From NCBI RefSeq assembly GCF_004010195.1, contig NC_057718.1:105674783-105707989 (forward strand): DNA of 33,207 bases. Reading direction: 5' to 3'. Below, piece after piece: positions 11,011 to 21,953 of this stretch (position 1 is its first letter; each line of letters opens with the position of its first letter). The notes under the pieces are model-generated. The model saw only the letters and a list, made by a program, of their open reading frames with translations. It had not been told where the DNA came from and ran no database searches. A program made the translations under genes and the position numbers. This stretch comes from Chiloscyllium plagiosum (Eukaryota).

Positions 11011-12008
11011 TATACAGAAAGGTGGTCACTCATAAGGCTAATGGTTCATAGGCAAGGAGGGGATGGTGACCACCAGACAGAGAAAGAGGACTAGACAGGC
11101 AGTGCAGGGGTCTCCTGTAGCTGTACCCCTGAAAAACAGATAGTTGCTTTGGATACTGATGGGAAGAATGGCCTCTTAGGTGAAAGTAGCAACAGCCAAA
11201 TTTATTGCATCACAAATCAGTTTGCTGCCTGAGAGAAGGAATAAGTGTGGGAATGCAATAGTAATAGGGGATTCAATTTAAGGAATATAGATGGACATTT
11301 ATGTGGCAGCAAACGAAACTCCAGGATTGTATGCTATCTCCTGGGTGCGAGGATTAAGGATGTCACAGTGACTACAGGACATTGTGGAGCAAAAGGGTGA
11401 ACAGTCAGTGGTTGTGGGAAACATCAGTACCATCAACATTGGGGGGAGAAAAAGAGACAAGGTCTTAAGGAGTATAATATAGGGAGTTAGAAAACAGTTT
11501 AAAAAGTAGGATCTCAATGGTAGTTATCGCAGGATTACTATCAGTGCCACATGTTGGTCAGAGTAGAAATAGGAGGATATTTCAGATGAATGTGTGGCTG
11601 GAAAGATAGTACAGAGCATGGTTTCAGATTCCAGAGATTTTGGGAGTGGATTTGGAGTAGGTGGAACCAGTACAAATCGGACGGTTTGTCCCTGGGCCGG
11701 ACTGGAACTGATGTCTTCGGAGAGTACTTGCTAGTGTGGTTGGGGAGGGTTTAAACTAAAATGGCAAGGGCTGGGAATATATACAGGGAGACAGAACAGA
11801 GGGGGACAAAGGCAAAAACAAAAGACAGAATGGGAAATAAGAGAAATGATAAACAGAGAATTTAAGTGCAAGAATTAAACAGGGTGTCAGTGCAAATAGG
11901 ACTAAATGCTAAAAAGTAACGCCTTAAGGCCTTGTATCTTAATAAGTGGAGCACTTGCAATAAAGTGGATGAATTTGTCGCACAAATTCACTTACAAATT
12001 CATCCACT

Positions 12009-12346
12009 GTGGGCGGCACGGTGGGTGGGCGGCACGGTGGCACAGTGGTTAGTACTGCTGCCTCGCAGCGCCAGAGACCCGGGTTCAATTCCCGCCTCAG
12101 GCGACTGACTGTGTGGAGTTTGCACATTCTCCCCGTGTCTGCGTGGGTTTCCTCCGGGTGCTCCGGTTTCCTCCCACAGTCCAAAGATGTGCAGGTCAGG
12201 TGAATTGGCCATGTTAAATTGTCCGTAGTGTTAGGTAAGGGTTAAATGTAGGGGTATGGGTGGTTTGCGCTTCGGCGGGTCGGTGTGGACTTGTTGGGCC
12301 GAAGGGCCTGTTTCCACACTGTAAAGTAATCTAATCTAAAAAAAAA
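12009..12346 (+). mobile_element. Full-length young HE1-type V-SINE
   Basis: A/B boxes, V-domain, CR1-like 3' tail gggccgaagggcctgtttccacactgta, (aatct)2 and A tail; many CpGs retained. Confidence 0.9.
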
Positions 12347-12799
12347 TAGATATCAATGGGTATGATACAGTTGAGGTTACAGAGACATGGCTGCAAGGTG
12401 ACCAGGGATGAGAATTGAATATCCCAGATGTACTCAGTTTTTAGGAAGGCCATGAAAAAAAGGAATAGCATTGCTGGTTAAACAGGAAATTATGCAACGA
12501 TGAGGAAGGATATTAGTTCTGGTGAAGTGAATTCTGTATGGGTTCAGCTTAGAAACACGAAGGGCCAGAGAACAAAAGATTTACAGACCATTAATCTGTT
12601 GCAATAATGCTGAGGAAGGCATTAAAAAGGAAATTAGAGATTCAAGAAATTAAGGTTTCAATGTGATCACGGGGGTCTTTAAGCTTCATTGGGCAAATCA
12701 AATCAATAATACCAAAGAGGAAGAATTCCTGGAGAAGGTGTGGGGTGGTTTTCTGGACCAATAAATTGAGGAACCAACTCGAGAACTGACCAATCTACA

Positions 12800-12947
12800 A
12801 TTGCAGGCGCTAGAGATCGGACACAAAAACAGAAATTGCTGGCGAAACTCAGTCAGGAAGCACCTGCGTGGAGAAAGCAAAGTTAACATTGAGTCATCTT
12901 TGGAGACTCTTCATCAGAATCCAGTTTTGCCAGCATTTTCTGTATTA
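12800..12947 (-). mobile_element. PLE mini-insertion (family C) with a degenerate hammerhead at 12881-12920
   Basis: Reverse complement AUU-CUGAUGA-A-GAGUC..GACUC-(GA lost)AAUGUUAAC; tail similar to 21955-22019; inverted piece at 12922-12946. Confidence 0.65.
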
Positions 12948-14823
12948 TTAGAGCACAGGCCAATCCCAGATTGGGCACTGTGTGATGAGAAAGAAATAAT
13001 TGACAATCTAGCTGTGTAAGACCCCTTGAAGAGTGACCATAATATAATAGAATTCTCCATTAAGATGGAGAGCAACACTGTTGATTTTGAGACTAGGGCA
13101 CAATCTAAATAAAGGGAACGATGGTGGTGTGAGCTCACTCTGATAAATTGGGAAACATTACTTAAAGAGATCATGTTGAAGAGGTAATGGCAAACATTTA
13201 AAGAGTGTATTGTCGAACTGCAACAATTGTTCATTTCTGTCTGGTACAAAAGTAAAGTAGGAAAGGTGGTCCAACCATGGCTAACAAGGAAAATTAGGGA
13301 TAGTATTAGATCCAAGGAAGGCACATACAAATTGGACAAAAAAAGCAGCAGGCCTGGGGAGTGGGAGCAATTTAGAAAGAAGGACAATAATGGAATTGTT
13401 TAAGAAGGAAAATAGAGTAAGAGAATAAGCTTGCAGACTGATACAAATGGATTATAAAAGCTTCTATGGGTAACTGAAGAGAATCAGGTTAATGTAGTCA
13501 AATGTAGGTCCCTTACAGTCAGAAACAGAGCAAGTTATTATGGGGAACTAAAAGATGGCAGACCAGTTAAATTCATATTTTGTTTCTGTCTTCACAAAGG
13601 ATGATACAAATAGCATCACAAAAATGTTGGGGAACACAGGGTCTAGTGAGAGTGAAGAACTGAAGGTAATCAGTATAGGTTTGAAAATGGTGTTGGGGAA
13701 TTTGATGGTATTGAAGGCCGATAAATCATCGGGCCAGATAATCTATATCCCAGAGTATTTAAGGAAGTGACCCTAGCAATACGATCGTCTATCAAGTTTC
13801 CATCGACACTGGAACAATTCTTACAGATTGGAAGTAGCTAATATAACCCGACCAATTAGAAAATAAGGGCATAGAGAGAAAATGGGGAATTATAGACCAG
13901 TTAGCCTGACATCACTGATGAGGAAAATGCTAGAGTCTTTTATAAAAGATTTAACAGCAGAGATTTAACTTGGATATCAGTGACAGAATTGGAAGGAGAA
14001 GTCATACTTGACGAATCTACTGGAACTTTTCGAGAATACGCCAATTAGAGCTGATAAGGGGAAGCCAGTGGTTGCTATTTACTTGTATTTTAAGGAGGTC
14101 TTGGATAAGATCCCACACGGAAATTTGCATGCAAAATTAAAGCACATGGGATTGGGGTTAATGTACTGACATGGATAGAGAACTGGTTGGCAGACAGGAA
14201 ACAAAGAGTAGGAATAAATCGGTCTCTTTACAGAGTGTCAGGCAGTGTCTAATAGGGTACCTCAGGGCTCAGTGCTGGATCCCAGTTGTTCAAAATATAG
14301 ATGCTTTAGATTTAGAGGAGAAAGCTAAATGTAATAACTTTGTGTTTGAAGATGACACAAAGTTGGGTGGGAGGGTGAACTATGAAGTGTCTGCAGAGAT
14401 ATTTTATATGATAGAGGCAAGTTGAGTGGGCAAAATCGTGGAAGGTGATATATATAATATGGATAAATATGAGGTTATCCACTTTGTTTGTATAAACAGG
14501 AAGGCAGATTATTATCAGAATAGTGATAGATGGGGAGATGGAGAAGTGCAGTGAGACCTAAGTGGCCTTGCATAGTGAAAGTAAGCATGCAGGTACACAG
14601 GCAGTGAAGGTGGTAAATGGCATGTTAGCTTTCATCATGAGGGGATTTGAGTGTATGAGCAGGGATGTCTTTTGCAATTTTACAGGGCTTTGGTGAGACC
14701 AAGGAGTATTGTGTGCAATTTTGGTCTCCTTTTCTTCGGAAAGAAGTTCGGTTTATGGAGGGAATGCAACAAAGGTTTACCTGACTGATTCCTATGATGG
14801 CAGGACTGATGTATGAAGAGAGG

Positions 14824-14990
14824 AGAAAGTGAAGACTGCATATGTTGGAGATCAGAGTTGAGAATGTGGTGCTGGAAAAGCACAGCAGGTCAGGCAGCAT
14901 CCGAGGACCAGGAGAACCGATGTTTCGGGCATAAGCCCTTCATCAGGAATGAGGCTCATTCTCCTGGTCCTCGGAGCCACACTCTTGACT
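14824..14990 (-). mobile_element. PLE mini-insertion (family A)
   Basis: TSD ctgatgtatgaagagagg (14806-14823) / ctaatgtatggagagagg (14991-15008); body matches 2502-2627 and 5882-5963. Confidence 0.8.
14916..14950 (-). ncRNA. Minimal hammerhead motif (family A), stem III CpG-decayed
   Basis: Reverse complement AUUC-CUGAUGA-A-GGGC(UUAU)GCCC-GAAA-CA-UC^GGUU. Confidence 0.7.
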
Positions 14991-15675
14991 CTAATGTATG
15001 GAGAGAGGCTGGGTCAGGTAGAACTATATTCATGAGAGTTTAGAAGGATGAGTGGGATCTCATACGAACATACAAAATTCAGACAGGATTGGGGCAAATA
15101 CAGGAAGGATGTTCCTGATGACTGAAGACTCTAGATTCAGGCATCATAATCTAAGGATATGGGTAAGCCATTTAGGACTGAGACCAAGGAGAAACTTCTT
15201 CAGACAGAGAGTGGCAAGCCTGTAGCCACAAGAAGCTGAGATCCAAACACTGATTGTTTTCTAAGAGTTAGATTTAGTTCTTATGGTAAAGGGATCAAAG
15301 GGTTAGGGTTAAGGCATGGGGAGAGAGAATAGGAACAGGATACTGAGATGGATGATTAAAAATCATCATACTGAATGGCAGACCAGGCTTGAAGAGCTGA
15401 ATAGTGTACTCCTGTTTCTAATTTCTGTTTCTATGAATTGCATTCAATGTTCTGCCATTGTTTACCAGAACATTTGCCTTCAGGGGTGGGAGAGCACTTT
15501 TTACATTCCAACAACTTAATGTTATCACTGCAGTCAAAAATATTATTAAATCTGATCGAGCAGGAGTATTCACATAACTTGCATTTTGCTCTCATATTCA
15601 AGAATTCAAATTACAGTATTTCACAATCAGTCCCATAATCAACGGAGTCAACCTTAGATAGTGGCAAATTATATA

Positions 15676-17358
15676 TAGAATATAGAATAGAATATAGAAC
15701 ATAACAGCACAGTACAGGCCCTTCGGCCCTCGACGTTGTGCCGACCTGTGAGACCAATCTGAAGCCCATCTAACCTACACTATTCCATTCTCATCCAAAT
15801 GTTTTTCCAATGACCATTTAAATGCCCTTAAAGTTGGCAAGTCTACTACTATTACAGGCAGAGCATCCTACGCCCCTACTACTCTCTGAGAAAAGCAATT
15901 ACCTCTGCCATCTGTCCTATATCTATCACCCCTCAATTTTAAGTTATGTCCCCTCGTGCTAGCCATCACCATCTGAGGAAAAAGGGTCTCACTGTCCATC
16001 CTATCTAACCCTCTCATTATCTTTTATGTCTCAACCTCTCAACCTTCTTCTCTCTAACGAAAACAGCCTCAAGTCCCTCAGCCTTTCCTCATAAGACCTT
16101 CCCGCCATAGCTGCAACATTTTTCAGCACTATCCACAGCTCCACCGACCTCAGTGCCATCTGCAAATTTACTAACCCATCCTTCAGTGCCATCATCCAGG
16201 TCTTTTGTAAAAATGACAAACAGCAGTGGACCCAAAACAGACCCTTGCTGTTCACCACTAGTAACTGAACTCCAGGATGAACATTTCCCATCAATCACCA
16301 CCCTTTATCTTCTTCCACCCAGCCAATTTCTGATCCAAACTGCTAAATCACCCTCAATCCCATGCCTCTGTATTTTCTGCAATAGCGTACCGTGGGAAAC
16401 CTTATCAAATGCCTTACTGAAATCCATATACACCACATCAACCACTTTACCCTCATCCACCTGTTTGGTCACCACCTCAAAGTACTCAATAAGGTTTGTG
16501 TGGCACGACCTACCCTTCACAAAATCGTGTTGACTATTTCAAATCAACTTATCTCTTTTGAGATAATTGTAAGTTCTATCTCTTAGAACTTTTACCAACA
16601 CTTTACCCACAACCGAAGTAAGGCTCACTGCTCCATAATTACCAGGGTTATCTCTACTCCCCTTCTTGAACAAGGGAACAACATTTGCTATCTTCCAGTC
16701 TTCTTGCACTATTCCTGTAGACAATGATGACATAAAGATCAAAGCCAAAGGCTCTGCAATCTCCTTCCTGGCTTCCCAGAGAATCCAAGGATAAATCCCA
16801 TCCAGCCCAGGAGACTTATCTATTTTCCCACTTTACAGAATTTCTAACACCTCCTCCTTCTCGTGAACCTCAATCCCATCTAGTCTAGTAGCCTGTATCT
16901 CAGTATTCCCCTGGACAACATTGTCTTTTTCCAGTGCGATACTGATGAAAAATATTCATTTAGCACTTCTTCTATCCCCTTGGACTCCATGCACAACTGC
17001 CCACTATTGACCTTGACTGGCCCTGTTCTTACTCCAGTCATTCTTTTATTCCTGATATACCGGTAGAAAGCCTTCAGGTTTTCCTTGATCCAATCTGCCA
17101 ATGACTTCTCATGTCCTTTCCTGGCTCATCTTAGTTCTCTCTTTCGGTCTTTCCTGGCTAGCTTGTAACTCTAAAGCATCCTAACTGAGCCTTCACATCT
17201 CATCCTAACATAAGTCTTCTTCTTCCTCTTGACAAGAGATTCAACTTCTTTAGTAAATTGCGGCGCCCTTGCTCTACCACTTCCTCCTTGCCTGACAGGT
17301 ATGTACTTATCAAGGACACATAGTAGCTGTTCCTTGAATAAGCTTCACATTTCAATTG
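15676..17358 (-). mobile_element. 5'-truncated CR1 with an internal deletion; same subfamily as 24750-28702
   Basis: IKENLKAFYRYIRNKR, EDWKIANVVPLFKKG, YMDFSKAFDKV, KFADGT; (ttcta)n-type tail at 15676-15700. Confidence 0.9.
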
Positions 17359-17689
17359 TTGGAGTTGAAGTAACAGTTACATCAGCCATGATATTATTGT
17401 TTGGTGGAGCAGGTTCAAGGATCTGAATGGTCTACTCCTTTGTCTTATTCATATCTTCATAATCCTGTAAATGATTTAAATTAAACTATCAAAAGTCCTG
17501 GTGCTCCAAATGAATTATTCCGAAAAGTGTAGTATATAGAGTCCTAACTCTACATTCTAACCAGTGATGATACTGTGTTCACTTTTTTAAATATTCAAAA
17601 TTTATCAACACATTCAGTTTAATTAATAAACAGTGTGGATCTCCAGAATTCTCAGTAATTTGCTTTGAGTGTTTAATTCACTGCTACTT

Positions 17690-18290
17690 GCCTTCTAGGA
17701 TTATCCTCCTCAAACAAGTTCTGCTCTTGTCTCCAACAGGATATCTATTTGAATTTTTCATCTTATTCACCTCCATTCCTTTCCATTTCTCTCTTGCCCT
17801 TTGATAATGAGTTTAGCAAAACCCACTTTACTAAATCTCCTTCCTCAGTAACTGCCTCTGGTTCCAACACATCCCACATTGGTTTCAATTGAAGTCCTAA
17901 ACTTCATGTTTCAAATCCACCCAGAATCATGGGCATCCCAGTGACACACAACACTCCTTGGACAGCTGATCTTGTGGCATCATGCGATCCACCCTTAATG
18001 CCATGTGTAACCACATGTACCCACAAAACCTCTCTCGCCATCAGCATCACTTCCCGCAGTCTCAAAGCTGTCCTCGGCACCAGTTCCATTTCATTCTTCA
18101 TCTCATTAAACACTCTTCCACTTTCCTCTTCCCTTCACAGGTTAAGGAACATCTGCTCCAACAACACATAGGTACTGATGCCCCTCCCTTTCTCTCTGAT
18201 CCCATTTCTTCTTCTAACCCTCCTCTTGGAGTTCTGAAGAAGTCATATCGGATTTGAAATATTAACTTTGCTCCTCTGTCAACGTAAGCT
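17690..18290 (+). mobile_element. Old PLE remnant (putative N-terminal region joined to a family C hammerhead remnant at 18230-18267)
   Basis: AGUU-CUGAAGA-AGUC..GAUUU-GAAA-UA-UU-AACU core remnant; pyrimidine/His-rich decayed ORF upstream. Confidence 0.45.
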
Positions 18291-18291
18291 G

Positions 18292-18860
18292 TGCTATGGA
18301 CCAGACCAAACTCCCTCAAAATATGTCAAGGATGTAGCCTGGACCCTAACTTTTATCTCATTTAAAAGAAAGTTTAAAGTGCTGTGTGCCAGATGTAATT
18401 TGACTGAGGGTCAAACTACTGGGCTTTAAGCAAAATACACTTTATTCTTACACTACAGTTAAAATACAAAAAACAGAGTTGGTGTAACTTTAATTCTATC
18501 GATAGATTCTTCCAATATAGCAGCATCCCTTAGCAAAGGCAAATTCAGCAAAACAATGTTATTCTCATATGAAGTCTTCTCACTCTAATCCAGCGGAACG
18601 AAATGATGAAAGAAACAGTCTAGAAGCAGAGAGAGACCTCAAGCTTTATGCAGCAGCAGAGAGAGAGCTGAATCTAGCAACTTCAGCTCCAAAACCCCAA
18701 CTTCAACAGCTGAAAGCAAAACTAAAACCCTGGGTCTGAGAGCGCCCAACTCTACCCACTCATGGATTTTTTTTGCCTACTTTTTAAAAAAATCCCAAAG
18801 TTTTTTTACTCCATTTTCCATGGAGCTATATTGCTTTCCAAACTACTAAGGGTCATAACT
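18292..18860 (-). mobile_element. Possible solo LTR
   Basis: Imperfect terminal inverted repeat tgctatgg...tcataac, ~570 bp, AATAAA on the minus strand near 18441; no clear TSD. Confidence 0.35.
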
Positions 18861-18979
18861 TAATAATTGCATGTATGTTTTTACACTTAATTTTTATTGG
18901 TGTGTGTGGAGAAATTCCTTTTATGAATAATAATCTTAGGGTAATAGCACAGATTTATCTAACATTTTAAAAAATATGA

Positions 18980-19340
18980 CAGAGATAAGGCGATCTAATT
19001 GAACCATACAAGAGTTATACAGAACTCAACAGAATAAGTGTAGAACATTTCCCTGGCTTAGAGTGAAAGAAGTCTCAGGATAAGGGGACAGGCGATTTAA
19101 GATTGTGATGAGGAGGAATTTCCTCCCTCAGCGGGTGGTAAAAGTTTGGAATTGTGGGGTAGAGGTTCGGTCATTCAGGCATTAAGACAAAGATCAACAG
19201 ATTACTCCAGGTTAAAAATATCAAGGGATATGGGAATAGCATGGGAAAATGGAAGTGAGGTCAAAGATCAGCCATGATCTTGTTGAATGGTTGAGCAGAC
19301 CTGAGGGGCTGAATAACTTATTCCTGCTACTAGTTCTGAA
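18980..19340 (+). mobile_element. Old CR1 3' fragment
   Basis: ggcgatctaattgaa, gatgaggaggaatttc, gatcagccatgatcttgttgaatgg. Confidence 0.7.
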
Positions 19341-20773
19341 ATTCCTATACATAATCTATCTATCATGTTCACAATAAGGGACAATGAATTTAAAAAAATG
19401 AAAAAAAATGAAACCATCAAGGGAAATTAAAAACTACAAGTGTTTACATGGCTTTCCTTTAATTTTTTGATATGCTACATATTAAAGTTTAAAATTTTTG
19501 TGAAGATCTGTAGCTCGGGGGCTACATATAAAAGTTGCATATTTTTAGGAAACAAAGTGGAATTTTAGTTACATAAGTCCAAAATAAATATTTAGCAATT
19601 CAATTAAAATTTCTTCAGCCCACAATAAATATTAGAAGCATTTCTTTATTTTGAATTCTTGAAAGACATGAAAGAGTGGTCACAAGTCCTTTTTAAAAAG
19701 CCTTGCGTTCTCCTTCTGCAAAACTCTAATACAGCAATGACAGGTTGATTGACAGACATCAATGCTGTCCATCAACAATAACGGCAACACTGGCAAAACT
19801 AAATATTTCTCAATACACAATACACTAATATTCATCAGCCAAGATCAGATTACAAGTAAATTCACGTGCTTTCAAAAACAGACTGTAAGAAACTATTAGG
19901 ATTTATGAATAATTTCATTTATTAATTGATATGCATCTGAGGCATTATTTAAACATGCATTTTCTTCTCGATTTCAATGAACTTAAACAGGGGTTATGAT
20001 CTGACCTGGTATTGGCTGTCACATAACAGTCATTCCTTCAATTTAACCTTTACTGCCCTTGCAATGATCACCTGCAACTTCATTTTAACTGGTAAATGGA
20101 GAGAAGGCAGAAAGACTCTGGCCTCAAAGAAAGCATTCATTCATTTTGTGTTGTTGTGTTAATTGGTTAGGAGGAGGAGATGTCAGAAACTTTATGCATT
20201 TGCATAGTTACTATACACAGGCATTGTTCTCCATTTTGCATTCATTCCAAACAAGGGCAGTAGGGGTTATCAGTCAGAACTGTGAGAAGAGAGGAAATAA
20301 ACCTGCAGGAAGCAACCAAGATACTCAATGCAGCTTTTAAACAAGAGGCAAAAGCACAAGGAAGAAGCCAGCTGCACAAAAGGAAAAATCTGTTTAAGAC
20401 AGCTCTGAAAACAGCTCTGCCTCATTTAATGACTCACAGCACAAATAAAATTTATAGAAATCAGTAATGCAATGGACAGATGAAGGTTTCTGTTAAAGCT
20501 TTTTCTCACCTTAAAAAAAAATCTGTTCCACAATACATGGATGAAAGCCACAGCAAGGTATACTGTATTACAGAGACTTTCTTCCAGAAGATTTAAAACG
20601 TTTGTGACCAATGCAAACAGGAGTCGATAATGCATCAGATAAACCGCAGTGGAGATTACCTTCCGCAAGCAGCAATTATAACCTTACAAAACAACCTCAC
20701 CTTCCAGGGATTACTAAAAGAGCACTGGTGAAACCAAAATTGCAGACATGTCATTTTCTGTGGTGGTTCTTAC

Positions 20774-20822
20774 CTTTTTGTTGTTTTCTTTAATATCCTG
20801 AGGATTCAGAGATTTGTAGTCA
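20774..20822 (-). CDS. EHBP1: EH domain-binding protein 1, internal 49-nt coding exon (CH domain: (I)DYKSLNPQDIKENNKK)
   Basis: ccccag|TGACTACAAA...AAAAAG|gtaaga; phase 2 to phase 0, joins the preceding exon in frame (AT|T = Ile); peptide matches vertebrate EHBP1 as I recall it. Confidence 0.93.
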
Positions 20823-21627
20823 CTGGGGCGAGAGTTTGGTATGCGCGGGGAAGGGGGGGTGGTAGGGAAGAGAAAATGATGAGAAAACAATGAATAGTTA
20901 ATACTCACTTCAAATGAAACACATACAACATGAAAATATTGATAGCAATAATGATATTATATAACAAGCAGTGATTTCATTGTAAAGCAATCAACAAAAC
21001 AAGCAGAGTGGAAAATAAAGAAACCTCAGAATCAAATTTTTCCCCCAAAGCCTTTCCATCTACCAGCGAAGAGAAGACATGAACATTAGATGCGAGCCTT
21101 TTAAAACACATTTAACATGCAGTAATCCTTTACTGTCAGCACACAGATGGGGTTCAGCTTATTGTCTTATCCATTTTAATAACAACATTTTATTTGTAAA
21201 TTTTGAAGGACAATTTAAAACATTATTTTAGCAATACAAAACCAAAGTGACAAAAAAGGGTTTCTCTTCCATCAGTAAAAAGGCAAACATTTCACACCAT
21301 GGGGGCAAGGAAAGATGTGAGGATGAAATTTAAATTTAGTAGAGGTACAAAGCTACTACACTCCCCCCAACCTATTAAGCTCCCTGCCCATACACAACAC
21401 GCCTGAGACAGTTGCTTCTGTTACATGCCCTGCCTAATACAGGCCCACTCAGTCACTTTATCACCTGTTACCATATCTAAACCCATTACAGCCTCCCGCT
21501 TCAATATATGCCCTGCCCTTTACAATCTCACACTGTTACATGTCCTGCGTAATCCATTACACATTCTTCAGAACACAATCCCCCGTCTTTACACACCCCT
21601 CCCAATGCAGCCTGCTTTGTTACACAC

Positions 21628-21722
21628 TAGTGTGCTTCCAATTAAACCTGTTGGACTATAACCTGGTGTTGTGTGATTTTTAACTTTGCACACCCCAGTC
21701 CAACACCGGCATCTCCAAATCA
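21628..21722 (+). mobile_element. PLE mini-insertion (family B tail only)
   Basis: Perfect 11-bp TSD ttgttacacac (21617-21627, 21723-21733); matches 4937-5027. Confidence 0.85.
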
Positions 21723-21917
21723 TTGTTACACACGGTGATTGATACAGTTCTGTTCCATTACACGTCCTCCCTCTGCGCTATTACATCCCGCCCCATTTTC
21801 CCATTTGACCTTCAATCAACTGTGTTCTATAACAGAAAGATTATCTGCAAATGCCCAATATGCATCCTCTGGCAAAGTTGAATTTCACCCAACTGATTGG
21901 AAAGAAATGATACACAG

Positions 21918-21953
21918 ATTCTGAGGAAGGGTCACCTGACCCGAAATGTTAAC
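21918..21953 (+). ncRNA. Minimal hammerhead motif (family C)
   Basis: AUU-CUGAGGA-A-GGGUC(ACCU)GACCC-GAAA-UG-UU^AAC. Confidence 0.7.

Larger units (their letters stand above)
11060..15435 (+). mobile_element. Near full-length decayed CR1 (esterase-type ORF1 + EN/RT ORF2) carrying three nested insertions
   Basis: ORF1 VIGDS (11270) and LPGARIKDV-like remnants; VTETW (12375), NYRPVSLTS (13888), FEDDTK (14345); 3' end ttctgtttctatg. Confidence 0.8.

Noticed and set aside
12025..12100. tRNA-like sequence with A/B boxes (also 3060-3136 and 23426-23500)
   Set aside because: Head of an HE1 SINE; continues into the V-domain and LINE-like tail; no proper cloverleaf identified
15676..15700. (tagaa/tatagaa)n short repeat
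   Set aside because: It is the CR1 3' tail, not an independent repeat or CRISPR-like array
1..20700. Search for the next EHBP1 exon (second half of the CH domain, AYDGF-like) and, in 22250-33207, the preceding exon
   Set aside because: Not found by eye; presumed outside the window, although a diverged small exon could have been missed
20701..20724. 13-nt or 24-nt cassette microexon using acceptors at 20714 or 20725
   Set aside because: The upstream intron would be only 60 or 49 nt, shorter than typical vertebrate introns
21090..21175. Faint DeuSINE-domain-like segment (cagatggggttcagcttattgtcttatcc)
   Set aside because: Too short and diverged to support without an alignment
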